Assembly (NCBI GenBank): GCA_965247095.1
Contig: OZ251997.1
Location: 2,656,001 to 2,720,000, forward strand
Origin: Candidatus Multivorans sp.
GTDB lineage: Bacteria > Acidobacteriota > Thermoanaerobaculia > Multivoradales > Multivoraceae
DNA length: 64,000 nucleotides
Reading direction: 5' to 3'
Made by a program: the position numbers and the translations under genes. This document shows positions 48,868 through 57,431 of this stretch, one piece after another (positions within the stretch are counted from its first letter, which is position 1; the number at the start of each line of letters is the position of its first letter). The notes below the pieces were generated by a model, which worked only from the letters and a program-made list of their open reading frames with translations, searched no databases and was not told where the DNA came from.

Positions 48868-48912
48868 CCTGGGAACGCGGGCATCCTGCCCGCATCGGGC
48901 GCGAAGCGCCCG
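48868..48912. repeat. REP-like double hairpin
   Basis: CCTGGGAAC-GCGGGCA-TCC-TGCCCGC followed by CGGGCGC-GAA-GCGCCCG. Confidence 0.55.
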
Positions 48913-48955
48913 CTCGGTGATCCCTCAAACGCTGCAATACAGGCCACCGGTTGTC

Positions 48956-48980
48956 AAAGGTGAGTATTCTGGTCAACAAT
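48956..48980. promoter_or_regulatory. Putative Rrf2-family (IscR/CymR-like) operator
   Basis: AAAGGTGAGTATTCTGGTCAACAAT matches about 19/25 positions of the IscR type-1 consensus ATASYYGACTRwwwYAGTCRRSTAT; lies between divergent sulfur genes. Confidence 0.55.
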
Positions 48981-49033
48981 TCCCGGTCGCCGCTTTCGCC
49001 GCCCCGTCGGCGCGGTGAACGGGCGTCTTCATC

Positions 49034-50032
49034 ATGATCACCGAACCTTCTCTCGCGGCCTCCGCCGCCCCGCTGGCCGGCCCGCCGATTCCGGCGGGAC
49101 TGAATGACGCCGCCCGGCGGCTGCTGTCCCGGATAGGCAACACGCCGCTGCTCGACCTCAGTCACGCGCTGGGGCCGGCTGCGCGGGCCCTTGGCTCGGA
49201 GCTGCTGGCCAAGGCGGAGATGGCGAACCCCGGCGGCTCGGTGAAGGACCGTCCCGCGCGCCACATGATTCTGGCGGCGCGCGATGCCGGTCGGCTCGAG
49301 GAAGGCCGCCGCATCCTGGATGCGACCTCCGGCAACACCGGCATCGCCCTCGCCATGATCGGGGCGGCGATGGACGTCGGCGTCACGCTGTGCCTACCGA
49401 AGAACGCCTCGATCGAGCGGCGGCGCATTCTGGGCGCGTTCGGGGCCGAGCTCGTCCTCACCGATCCGATGGAGGGCGCGGACGGTGCGATCCGCGAGGC
49501 GCATCGGATGATCGAGGCGTCGCCGGCTGACTTCTGCTACGTCGACCAGTACAGCAACCCCGCCAACTGGCGGGCTCACTTCGAAACCACCGGGCCCGAG
49601 ATCTGGCTGCAGACCGAAGGTCGCCTGACCCACTTTGTCGCCGGTCTGGGGACCAGCGGCACCTTCTGCGGCACCGGGCGGTATCTGGCCGAGCGGGCGC
49701 CTCAGGTCCGGCTCATCTCGATGCAGCCGGACGGACCGTTCCACGGGTTGGAGGGGATGAAGCACATGCCCAGCTCCCTCGTGCCCGCGATCTACGACTC
49801 CAGGATCGCCCACGAGGAGACCGCGGTGAGCACGGAGGACGCGTACGCCGAGGTCAAGGCGCTGGCGCGCCGGAGCGGTCTCCTGGTCGGCATCTCGGCG
49901 GCGGCGAACGTGGTCGCGGCCCGGCGGATCGCCGAGCGCGCGGCCGGGGCCGGGGAACGCGCTGTCGCCGTCACCATTCTCTGCGACGGCGCCGACAAGT
50001 ATCTTTCCGAGCCGTTCTGGGACGAATCCTGA
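49034..50032 (+). CDS. cysM: PLP-dependent cysteine synthase (CysM-like, probably sulfur-carrier dependent)
   Basis: IGNTPL, NPGGSVKDR, ATSGNTG, GLGTSGT; in an operon with JAB and Ubl-E1 genes. Confidence 0.85.
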   Translation: MITEPSLAASAAPLAGPPIPAGLNDAARRLLSRIGNTPLLDLSHALGPAARALGSELLAKAEMANPGGSVKDRPARHMILAARDAGRLEEGRRILDATSGNTGIALAMIGAAMDVGVTLCLPKNASIERRRILGAFGAELVLTDPMEGADGAIREAHRMIEASPADFCYVDQYSNPANWRAHFETTGPEIWLQTEGRLTHFVAGLGTSGTFCGTGRYLAERAPQVRLISMQPDGPFHGLEGMKHMPSSLVPAIYDSRIAHEETAVSTEDAYAEVKALARRSGLLVGISAAANVVAARRIAERAAGAGERAVAVTILCDGADKYLSEPFWDES

Positions 50033-50508
50033 TGATCGCGCTTTCCGCCAGCGACCTGACGCGCATCCGCGCCCACGGCGAGGCCACCTACCCGGAAGAG
50101 TGCTGCGGCATCCTGGTCGGCCGTACCGAGCCGGCGGCCGGCGACAACGGCGATGCCGTGGTCAGCGTCGAGCGGCTGGTCGGCGCCGAGAACGAGCGTG
50201 AGGACGAGAACCGGCACAACCGTTACCTGATCCCGCCCGAGGTCATCCTGCGCACCGAGCGGGAGGCGCGGGCCGACGGCCTCGACGTGATCGGCTACTA
50301 CCACTCCCACCCCGATCATCCATCGCGTCCCAGCGACTTCGACCGCGACCACGCCTGGCCGGGCTACAGTTACCTGATCGTCTCGGTGCGCGAGGGCCGC
50401 GCCCGGGACGAGCGGAGTTGGCGGCTGAGTGGCGACCGCTCCCGATTCGACGAAGAACCCATCCACTGCCCCGAAGCGGCCGCAGCCGGCCGCACGGATA
50501 CGACCTAG
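50032..50508 (+). CDS. JAB/MPN+ (Mec-like) metalloprotease
   Basis: YPEECCGIL and the HSHPDHPSRPSDFD JAMM motif. Confidence 0.92.
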   Translation: MIALSASDLTRIRAHGEATYPEECCGILVGRTEPAAGDNGDAVVSVERLVGAENEREDENRHNRYLIPPEVILRTEREARADGLDVIGYYHSHPDHPSRPSDFDRDHAWPGYSYLIVSVREGRARDERSWRLSGDRSRFDEEPIHCPEAAAAGRTDTT

Positions 50509-50536
50509 AGCCAGTCTGAGTCACACGGAGACCAAA

Positions 50537-51988
50537 ATGACCGTACTCATACAGATCCCCACGCCCCTGCGGGGCTTCGCCGACGAGAGCACCGAGGTGG
50601 CGGTCGCCGCCGCCACCGTCGGCGAGGCGATGGAGCAGCTCGTCACCCGGTACGAAGGACTGCGCCCCCACCTGTTCGGTGACGACGGCAAGCTGCGCAC
50701 CTTCGTCAACCTGTTTCTGAACGACGAGGACGTGCGCTACCTGGAGCGCGAAGCGACGCCGATCGTCGGTGACGCGACGCTGGCGATCATCCCGTCGATC
50801 GCCGGCGGCACGGTGGCCGAGCCGCCGGCCCAGGCGACCGCGACCGAACTGAGCCCGCAGGAGATCCTCCGCTACAGCCGGCACCTCATCATGCCCGAGG
50901 TCGGCGCCGAGGGGCAGTTGAAGCTCAAGGCCGCCAAGGTGCTGATGATCGGCACCGGCGGCCTCGGCTCGCCGCTCGGCATGTACCTGGCCGCCGCCGG
51001 CGTCGGCCGCCTCGGCCTGGTGGATTTCGACATCGTCGACGAGTCGAACCTGCACCGCCAGTTGCTCTACAGCAGCGCCGATGTCGGCCGCCCCAAGATC
51101 GACGCCGCGGTGGAGCGCCTGCACGAGGTGAACCCGCACATTGAACTCGTGCCGCACCCGGTCATGCTCGACTCGAGCAACGCGCTCGAGATCTTCGCCG
51201 ACTACGACCTGGTGGTCGACGGCACGGACAACTTCCCGACCCGCTATCTCGTCAACGACGCCTGCGTCCTGCTCGGCAAGCCGAACGTCTACGGCTCCAT
51301 CTTCCGCTTCGAGGGCCAGGTATCCGTCTTCTGGGGCGCCAAGGGCCCCTGCTACCGCTGCCTGTTCGCCGAGCCGCCGCCGCCGGGACTCGTCCCCTCA
51401 TGCGCCGAAGGCGGCGTCCTCGGCGTGCTGCCCGGCATCATCGGCAGCCTGCAGGCGAACGAGGTGATCAAGCTGATCATCGGCCAGGGCGATCCCCTGA
51501 TCGGCCGTCTCGTGCTCTTCGACGCGCTGCGCATGAGCTTCCGCGAACTCAAGCTGCGCAAGAACCCGGATTGCCCGATCTGCTCCGAGCACCCCACGCA
51601 GACCGAACTCATCGACTACGAAGAGTTCTGCGGCATCCCCGCCGTCCCCGAGGCACCGTCCCTGAACGACTTGATCGACGTGACCCCGACCCAGGTCCAG
51701 TCCTGGATCGACGAAGGCCGCGACGTACATATCCTCGACGTCCGCGGCCCGCAGGAGTACGCCATCTGCCGCATCCAGGGCTCGACCCTGATCCCCGTCG
51801 CCGAACTCGAAGGCCGCGTCGGCGAACTCGATCCCTCCCGCCTCTGGGTCGTCCACTGCCACCACGGTCCGCGGTCGACCCGGGCGACGCACATCCTGCG
51901 TGACCGCGGCTTCCAGCAGGCCTACAACCTGGCCGGCGGGATCGATGCCTGGGCGGAGGAAGTGGATCCGTCGTTGGCGCGGTACTGA
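50537..51988 (+). CDS. Ubiquitin-like sulfur carrier (MoaD/CysO) - E1 adenylyltransferase (MoeB/MoeZ) - rhodanese fusion
   Basis: Ubl domain ending IIPSIAGG, then RYSRH, GTGGLG, NLHRQ, CYRC, CPIC and rhodanese CHHGPRS. Confidence 0.92.
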   Translation: MTVLIQIPTPLRGFADESTEVAVAAATVGEAMEQLVTRYEGLRPHLFGDDGKLRTFVNLFLNDEDVRYLEREATPIVGDATLAIIPSIAGGTVAEPPAQATATELSPQEILRYSRHLIMPEVGAEGQLKLKAAKVLMIGTGGLGSPLGMYLAAAGVGRLGLVDFDIVDESNLHRQLLYSSADVGRPKIDAAVERLHEVNPHIELVPHPVMLDSSNALEIFADYDLVVDGTDNFPTRYLVNDACVLLGKPNVYGSIFRFEGQVSVFWGAKGPCYRCLFAEPPPPGLVPSCAEGGVLGVLPGIIGSLQANEVIKLIIGQGDPLIGRLVLFDALRMSFRELKLRKNPDCPICSEHPTQTELIDYEEFCGIPAVPEAPSLNDLIDVTPTQVQSWIDEGRDVHILDVRGPQEYAICRIQGSTLIPVAELEGRVGELDPSRLWVVHCHHGPRSTRATHILRDRGFQQAYNLAGGIDAWAEEVDPSLARY

Positions 51989-52084
51989 GAAAAGGTGCCG
52001 TCGCCGGATCACCAGAGGCGACGGACGGCGTAACGGTCGAAGATCTGCCGGCGCCCCCGGCATCGTCTACGCTGATCGGTAGCT

Positions 52085-52200
52085 CGGCTGACCAGCACGT
52101 CGTTTCCTTAATCCTCAATCGCACGGCGGGCGGATCGGGACAGCCGTTGGCTTCCGATTGGCCATCACAGGAACGCGTGGGTGTCGAGTAGCAGCCGCAC
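52085..52200 (-). pseudogene. VapC/PIN toxin remnant
   Basis: VRLLLDTHAFL*WPIGSQRLSRSARRAIED*GNDVLVS, with in-frame stops at 52165-52167 and 52108-52110, then truncated. Confidence 0.8.
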
Positions 52201-52203
52201 GCG

Positions 52204-52302
52204 TCACGCTTCCCAGGCCGCCAACTCCTCCTCGGGCAGCGGTTCGAAGAACCGATCGTCGATACGGATCTGCCCCCGCAGGGTGCCGAACTCCTGCTTG
52301 GC
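52204..52302 (-). pseudogene. Antitoxin C-terminal remnant (Phd/YefM-type partner of PIN toxins)
   Basis: AKQEFGTLRGQIRIDDRFFEPLPEEELAAWEA* ends 3 nt before the vapC GTG; no intact N-terminus. Confidence 0.7.
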
Positions 52303-52471
52303 CGGGGGCCGGCAAGCTGAAAGCGGCGATGGGCGTTGAGGTCGGCGGGCAGGTCTAGCCCGCTGCTACGCTCCAAGGCATCGGTCCAGTGACGGCGCAT
52401 GCCGACGGCTCCAGGGAACACCGTCGTCGGGCAGCAGTCTTGCCCTAGGACACGGCAGCCGAGAACCGCCC

Positions 52472-53695
52472 ATGATCAACCGAATCGCCATCAAGGGCTT
52501 CAAGAGTTTTCGCGCCGTGACCGTCGACTTGGGCGGATTGAACCTGTTCGTCGGCACGAATGCCAGCGGCAAGTCGAACTTCTTCGATGCGCTTCGCGTG
52601 CTGCAGGGGATCGGCAACGGCTTCACCGTGAGCGAGATCCTTGACGGCAAGCCGAGAAGCGCGACCAGCGAGGTTTGGGAGGGGATTCGAGGCGGGAGTG
52701 CGAAGGCGTGTTTCGAGGGGCCTGAGCAGCCTGAGATCTTCTGGATTACTGCGGCGGGCCGACTGAGGCTCGGAAAGGCGATTAGGCGATGGAAGTACTC
52801 CGTGACCGTGTCTCCGAACCGAGGCCATGTTGAGCGGGAGAGTCTGGAGTACGGAGGCCGTTCCATCTATGACTCCCGCTATGCCGACAGGGGTGGCGTC
52901 GGGAGCCCGGTTCTCAAAGTCGAGTATCAACACGGAGGACGCGGCCGACCCCGGCACCTACCGTTCGAACGTTCCCGGCCCGTTCTGCGGCAATTTGAAG
53001 GCGCGAATCGGGTGGAGTCGCAGCATGGTGCAATCACTGCGCGGGTGGCCGACGTGTTGGCCGACATGCAGCGGGTCGATCCCACGCCGACGATTCTGAG
53101 GGGTTACTCGCAGGCGCGGCAGGTGGACCGCATGGGCGAACACGGGGAGAACTTTGCCGCCTTGGTCAGGGGAATCTGCGCCGACCCCGATGTGGGTGGC
53201 GGATACCTCGATTGGCTGCGCGAGTTGCGGCCGGCGGAAGTGGACAGCGTAGGGACCTTGTCCGGTGCCGTGGGCGAGCCGCTCTTCATGTTGCGAGAGG
53301 GGGACAGGGAGTTTCCGGCACCGGTGTTGAGCGACGGGACGCTCCGGTTTGCCGCGATCGCTGCGGCGTTCTTTCAGCCCGACATGCCGCAGATCATGAC
53401 GATCGAGGAGCTCGAGAACGGCATACACGCGAGCCGAACGCGCCTGATCCTGGAACTCCTTCGGGCCAACGCCACGGCTGGTTCGACGCAGATTCTGGCG
53501 ACGACCCACTCGCCGGCTGTTCTGGCGTGGTTGAAGCCGTCGGAGTACGCCACGACCTACGTCTGCCGGCGCGACCAGGACACGAGTGAATCAACGATCA
53601 CGCCGCTCCGCGACGTTCCCGGTTTCAGGGAAGTTGCCAAGAGCCACTCGCTTGCCGATCTGTTCACGGAAGGCTGGCTGGAGGCGGCTTTGTGA
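52472..53695 (+). CDS. ABC-type (AAA_21-like) ATPase
   Basis: IKGFKSF, Walker A GTNASGKSN, signature LSDGT, Walker B/D-loop IEELENGIH, H-loop TTHS. Confidence 0.9.
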   Translation: MINRIAIKGFKSFRAVTVDLGGLNLFVGTNASGKSNFFDALRVLQGIGNGFTVSEILDGKPRSATSEVWEGIRGGSAKACFEGPEQPEIFWITAAGRLRLGKAIRRWKYSVTVSPNRGHVERESLEYGGRSIYDSRYADRGGVGSPVLKVEYQHGGRGRPRHLPFERSRPVLRQFEGANRVESQHGAITARVADVLADMQRVDPTPTILRGYSQARQVDRMGEHGENFAALVRGICADPDVGGGYLDWLRELRPAEVDSVGTLSGAVGEPLFMLREGDREFPAPVLSDGTLRFAAIAAAFFQPDMPQIMTIEELENGIHASRTRLILELLRANATAGSTQILATTHSPAVLAWLKPSEYATTYVCRRDQDTSESTITPLRDVPGFREVAKSHSLADLFTEGWLEAAL

Positions 53696-54255
53696 GTGTG
53701 CGGGTTCTGGTCATCCCGGAAGATCCAACTCTCAATGGCTACATTCTGAAACCGCTGGTGGAGATGGTTCTGGCGGAAGCGGGCAAACCCACCGCCAGGG
53801 TGACGGTGCTGACGAACCCCAGAATTCGCGGGTACGATGAAGCAGTTCGGGTGATCCGTCGCGGACTGTCTTCGCGGTACGGCTTCATGGATCTGTGGCT
53901 GTTCTTTCCGGACGCGGACCGGGCCAGCGACGCTGCGATGGGCGATCTCGAGCGGAGTTTGCGGCAGCAGGGCGTCGCCCTGCTCTGCTGTCCCGCTCAG
54001 CCCGAAGTCGAGATTTACGTCTGTGCGGCCTATCGCGAGCAGATTCGCGGTTCGTGGGACGAAGCGCGCTCGAACCCGCGATTCAAGGAAACCGTCTTCG
54101 AACCGCTGCTCAAAGCGCACGGCGATCCTCGACGTCCAGGTGGCGGGCGGAGCGCGATGACCGAGAAGTCGATAGCGCAGCGGCGCCAGTTCCTTCGGCT
54201 TTGCCCGGAGATCGCCGAGTTGCGGAATCGCATCGTCGAGGTCTTGAACGGCTGA
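53692..54255 (+). CDS. TOPRIM-like partner protein of the ATPase
   Basis: N-terminal strand ending in acidic residues (VLVIPED), DxD (FFPDADR), EVE; GTGA overlap with the ATPase stop. Confidence 0.7.
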   Translation: MSVRVLVIPEDPTLNGYILKPLVEMVLAEAGKPTARVTVLTNPRIRGYDEAVRVIRRGLSSRYGFMDLWLFFPDADRASDAAMGDLERSLRQQGVALLCCPAQPEVEIYVCAAYREQIRGSWDEARSNPRFKETVFEPLLKAHGDPRRPGGGRSAMTEKSIAQRRQFLRLCPEIAELRNRIVEVLNG

Positions 54256-54340
54256 GCTGCGATTCCCGCCTCTGCAGACAGGTGGTTCGCCGATTCAACT
54301 GCGGCGAAGAGACGACAGCGCGGATCCGCGACGGCGATCG

Positions 54341-55309
54341 CTATCGCCTGGCCGTTTCGAACCGAGCTTCTCTTCCGCCCACTTGCACCCTCGCCTCGGG
54401 TAGCGCTTCCAGCGCGCGCCGCGGCAGCAGAGCGAAGCCGAGGGCGGTCTGATGCCGGGGTGATTGGCAGACGCTGGTCAACGTAGCCGCGGCGCGGCCC
54501 TTGAACTCGATCTCAGCACCGGCCGAGGGCAGGTGGCCCGCCGCGAATACAAGCCGGCACATCCGCCGCGCCGGCTGGCCGCGGTAGTGGATGCGGGCGA
54601 CGATCTCCTGGCCGAGGTAGCAGCCCTTCTCGTAGTCGACGGCGTCGTCGATCCCGGTTTCCTGTGGCAGGTTCGAGTCGTCGTAGTCGACGCCCCAGAG
54701 GGGGTGGCCGTGCTCGATGCGCAGGGCTTCGGTGGCCTCGGCGCCGACCTCGGGGATGCCCGCCTCGGCGAGGTCTTCGGCCATCAGCGGCGCGATGGCG
54801 GAGGACTGCCAGAGCGAGAAGGCGGGTACCGCGCTGTGGCCTTCGCGGACGAGGCGGGCCTGGTAGTCGAGCACCTCGACCTGGGCGTGGCGCCAGGGTT
54901 CGGTGAGGTCGTTGGCGGCGGTGGCGCCGAGCCCCGCCAGGACCTCGGCGCTCCGCGGGCCGGCCACGCGGACGGACGCCATGTCGCCGAGCGGGAGGAT
55001 CTCGACCTGGTCGGTGACGATGTACTTCTCCAGGTGGTCGATGATGGTCCTGCCTCGGCCCCTGGGGATCTCGAGCCAGAGGCGATCCTCGAGCCCCAGC
55101 ACGGTGGCGCTGGCGAGTACCCGCCCGCGGACGTCGGTGATGAAGCCGAAGACGCCGTGGCCGGGTTCCAGGCCTTCGACGGCCGACGTGACCATGCCGC
55201 CGAAGAACCGTTCCCGGTCGGGGCCCATGAGTTCGAGCCGGGAGGCCCGCGGCGGTTCGCACAGCGCGGCTTCGGTGGTGAGCAGCTCGTAGTCGCGTTC
55301 GAGGCTCAT
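54341..55309 (-). CDS. ygfZ: Folate-binding YgfZ/GcvT-family protein
   Basis: KGCYLGQE signature. Confidence 0.9.
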   Translation of the reverse strand: MSLERDYELLTTEAALCEPPRASRLELMGPDRERFFGGMVTSAVEGLEPGHGVFGFITDVRGRVLASATVLGLEDRLWLEIPRGRGRTIIDHLEKYIVTDQVEILPLGDMASVRVAGPRSAEVLAGLGATAANDLTEPWRHAQVEVLDYQARLVREGHSAVPAFSLWQSSAIAPLMAEDLAEAGIPEVGAEATEALRIEHGHPLWGVDYDDSNLPQETGIDDAVDYEKGCYLGQEIVARIHYRGQPARRMCRLVFAAGHLPSAGAEIEFKGRAAATLTSVCQSPRHQTALGFALLPRRALEALPEARVQVGGREARFETARR

Positions 55310-56010
55310 GGCAGTTCGGGGCCGGCGTGGCGGCCGTCCAGCAGTACGCGCCGGGCGGTCGCGTGGCGGAGGTCGGGCGCGACCCAGTCTGCGCCGGCCG
55401 CGTGCAGCCGGTGGTCGGGGGTGAAGCCGGTGGCGACACCCAGCACGGGTACGCCGTGCGCCTCGCCGCAGGCGACATCGCGCACGGTGTCGCCGATGAT
55501 CACCGTGTCGGCGGGGCCCGCTGCCGCCCCGGTACGTTCCGCGGCGCGGCGGACCGCCACCGGCACCAACTCGTTGCGCCGGACGCCGTCCTCGCCGAAG
55601 GCGCCGAAGTCGAAGAAGCGGTTGAGATCAAAGGGCGCGAGCTTGGCCCGGGCGCCGACCTCCCAGTTGCCGGTGAGCAGGCCCACGCAGGTGTCCTCGG
55701 CGGCGGCCAGCTCCTCGAGCAGTTCGACCACGCCGGGCAGCAGCCTCATCTGCGCCGGGTCGAGCCGGTCGAGCAGATCGGTGTAGTGCGAACGAACCTC
55801 GTCCAGGCGGGCCTCGACCTCGACGCGTGGGATGCCGGCATCGGTCATCAGGTCGATCACCGCCTCGGTGTCCGTCCTGCCGCCGAAGTCGTAGGCCCGG
55901 ACGTTGCCTGTCTGGCCGAAGGTTCGCTTCAGAGCCCCCATGAAGATGGGCCCGATCTGGGGGCCGCAGCGAACCAGGGTGCCGTCGATATCGAAGAGCA
56001 GGAGCCGCAT
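55306..56010 (-). CDS. HAD-family hydrolase
   Basis: LLFDIDGTL, LLTGN, IIGDTVRD. Confidence 0.9.
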   Translation of the reverse strand: MRLLLFDIDGTLVRCGPQIGPIFMGALKRTFGQTGNVRAYDFGGRTDTEAVIDLMTDAGIPRVEVEARLDEVRSHYTDLLDRLDPAQMRLLPGVVELLEELAAAEDTCVGLLTGNWEVGARAKLAPFDLNRFFDFGAFGEDGVRRNELVPVAVRRAAERTGAAAGPADTVIIGDTVRDVACGEAHGVPVLGVATGFTPDHRLHAAGADWVAPDLRHATARRVLLDGRHAGPELP

Positions 56011-56080
56011 CGCGTTGCCGGAGTTCCGAAGTAAGCGGGGAGACTATCCGTAGAGGCGCCGACTGCTAGCCTTTCCCGTC

Positions 56081-56770
56081 TTGATCGTACGCGTGCTGAG
56101 CTTCGCCACCGCTTTGGACGCCGTCGGCAGCGCCGAGACGGAGCACGAACTTCTGGACGGCAGCACGGTCGCCGACCTGATCGAGGGCCTGACTGCCGCG
56201 TACCCGGGTCTGGCGGCTCTGTGGCCGCGGCTGGCGGTGGCCGTCGACGGCGAGGTCGTCGCGGATCGGGCGGCGCCGCTTCACGACGGGGCCGAGGTCG
56301 CCCTCCTGCCGCCGGTGTCGGGCGGATCGTGCGGCGGCCGCGTAGGCCGGCTGCGGGACGGCGCCGTCGACGCGGAAACGGTGGCGGCGGTGCGCGCCGG
56401 TGTCGAGGACGCCGCGAACGGGGCGGTCGTCGTCTTCGTCGGCAACGTCCGCAACTCGTTTAGCGGCCGCCCGGTCGAGCGCATCACATACTCCGCGTAT
56501 CCAGCGATGGCGGAACGCCGCCTGGCGCGGATCGTGAGCGAACTCGAGGCGGCCGAGGCGGGAACCCGCGTGGAGATCGTCCACGGTCTGGGCACACTCG
56601 AAGTCGGCGAAGCCAGCGTGGTGATCGCCACCGCTTCAGCGCATCGGCGGCAGGCCTACGACACGAACCGTGTTGCGCTAGAGCGCCTCAAGGCCGAAGT
56701 ACCGATCTGGAAGCGGGAGCACTACCGCGACGGCCAGTCTGCCTGGCGGGAGGAAGAGCCGCTCGGGTAG
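56081..56770 (+). CDS. Fused molybdopterin synthase MoaD-MoaE (MoaX-type)
   Basis: MoaD domain ending PPVSGG, followed in frame by MoaE (GAVVVFVGNVR, SAHR, VPIWKRE). Confidence 0.9.
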   Translation: MIVRVLSFATALDAVGSAETEHELLDGSTVADLIEGLTAAYPGLAALWPRLAVAVDGEVVADRAAPLHDGAEVALLPPVSGGSCGGRVGRLRDGAVDAETVAAVRAGVEDAANGAVVVFVGNVRNSFSGRPVERITYSAYPAMAERRLARIVSELEAAEAGTRVEIVHGLGTLEVGEASVVIATASAHRRQAYDTNRVALERLKAEVPIWKREHYRDGQSAWREEEPLG

Positions 56771-56857
56771 AGCCGGCGGCCTGGTGGCCCGGACAGCCCG
56801 ACGCCCCACAGGCCCCCGGACGGGCGGGTGCTACCTGCGACGCCGTCTTGGTGCCGC

Positions 56858-57247
56858 CTAGACGGCGAACGACGAGCCGCAGCCGCAGGTGCCGACGGCC
56901 TTCGGGTTCGAGAACTTGAACCCGGTTCCCGCGACGCCCAACTGGTAGTCGATCCTCGTGCCCTTGAGGTAGCGGGCGCTGATCGGGTCGACGTACACCT
57001 GCAGGCCGTCGTACTCGAACACCTCGTCTGCGTCGCGCTGGTTCGTCTCGAAGTCGAGCGCGTACTCGAAGCCGCTGCAGCCGCCGCCGCGGACCGCGAC
57101 CCGCAGGCCGTGATCGGACGAGAGACCCTCGTCCTCGCGTGTGAGCTTGATCATGCGCACCGCCTTGGCGGTCAGGTGCAGCGTTTCCGGCGCCTGCTGC
57201 GGCGCGGGTGGCGGCGAGGTTGGACTCGGGAAATCGATTTCTGGCAT
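56858..57247 (-). CDS. A-type Fe-S carrier (IscA/ErpA/HesB)
   Basis: GGGCSGFEY, CGCGSSF. Confidence 0.93.
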   Translation of the reverse strand: MPEIDFPSPTSPPPAPQQAPETLHLTAKAVRMIKLTREDEGLSSDHGLRVAVRGGGCSGFEYALDFETNQRDADEVFEYDGLQVYVDPISARYLKGTRIDYQLGVAGTGFKFSNPKAVGTCGCGSSFAV

Positions 57248-57431
57248 CGTCTGTGGGCCTCCGCGGACCCGTGATCAAGCCGCTCGGGCGTGGCCGGCCG
57301 TACAGGTAGGGGGGCCGCGGCTCTGGTGCCCAAGGGTATCATCGAACCGTGTTGACAAGGACTTCGGACCGTTCGACACGGCCCCACGGAGGCAGTCACA
57401 ACCACGTTGGGCGCCCCGGGGAGGGCCGGGC

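Noticed and set aside
57340-57412. Possible LexA or NrdR box upstream of tdk
   Set aside because: Spacing and matches to known consensus sequences are inadequate.
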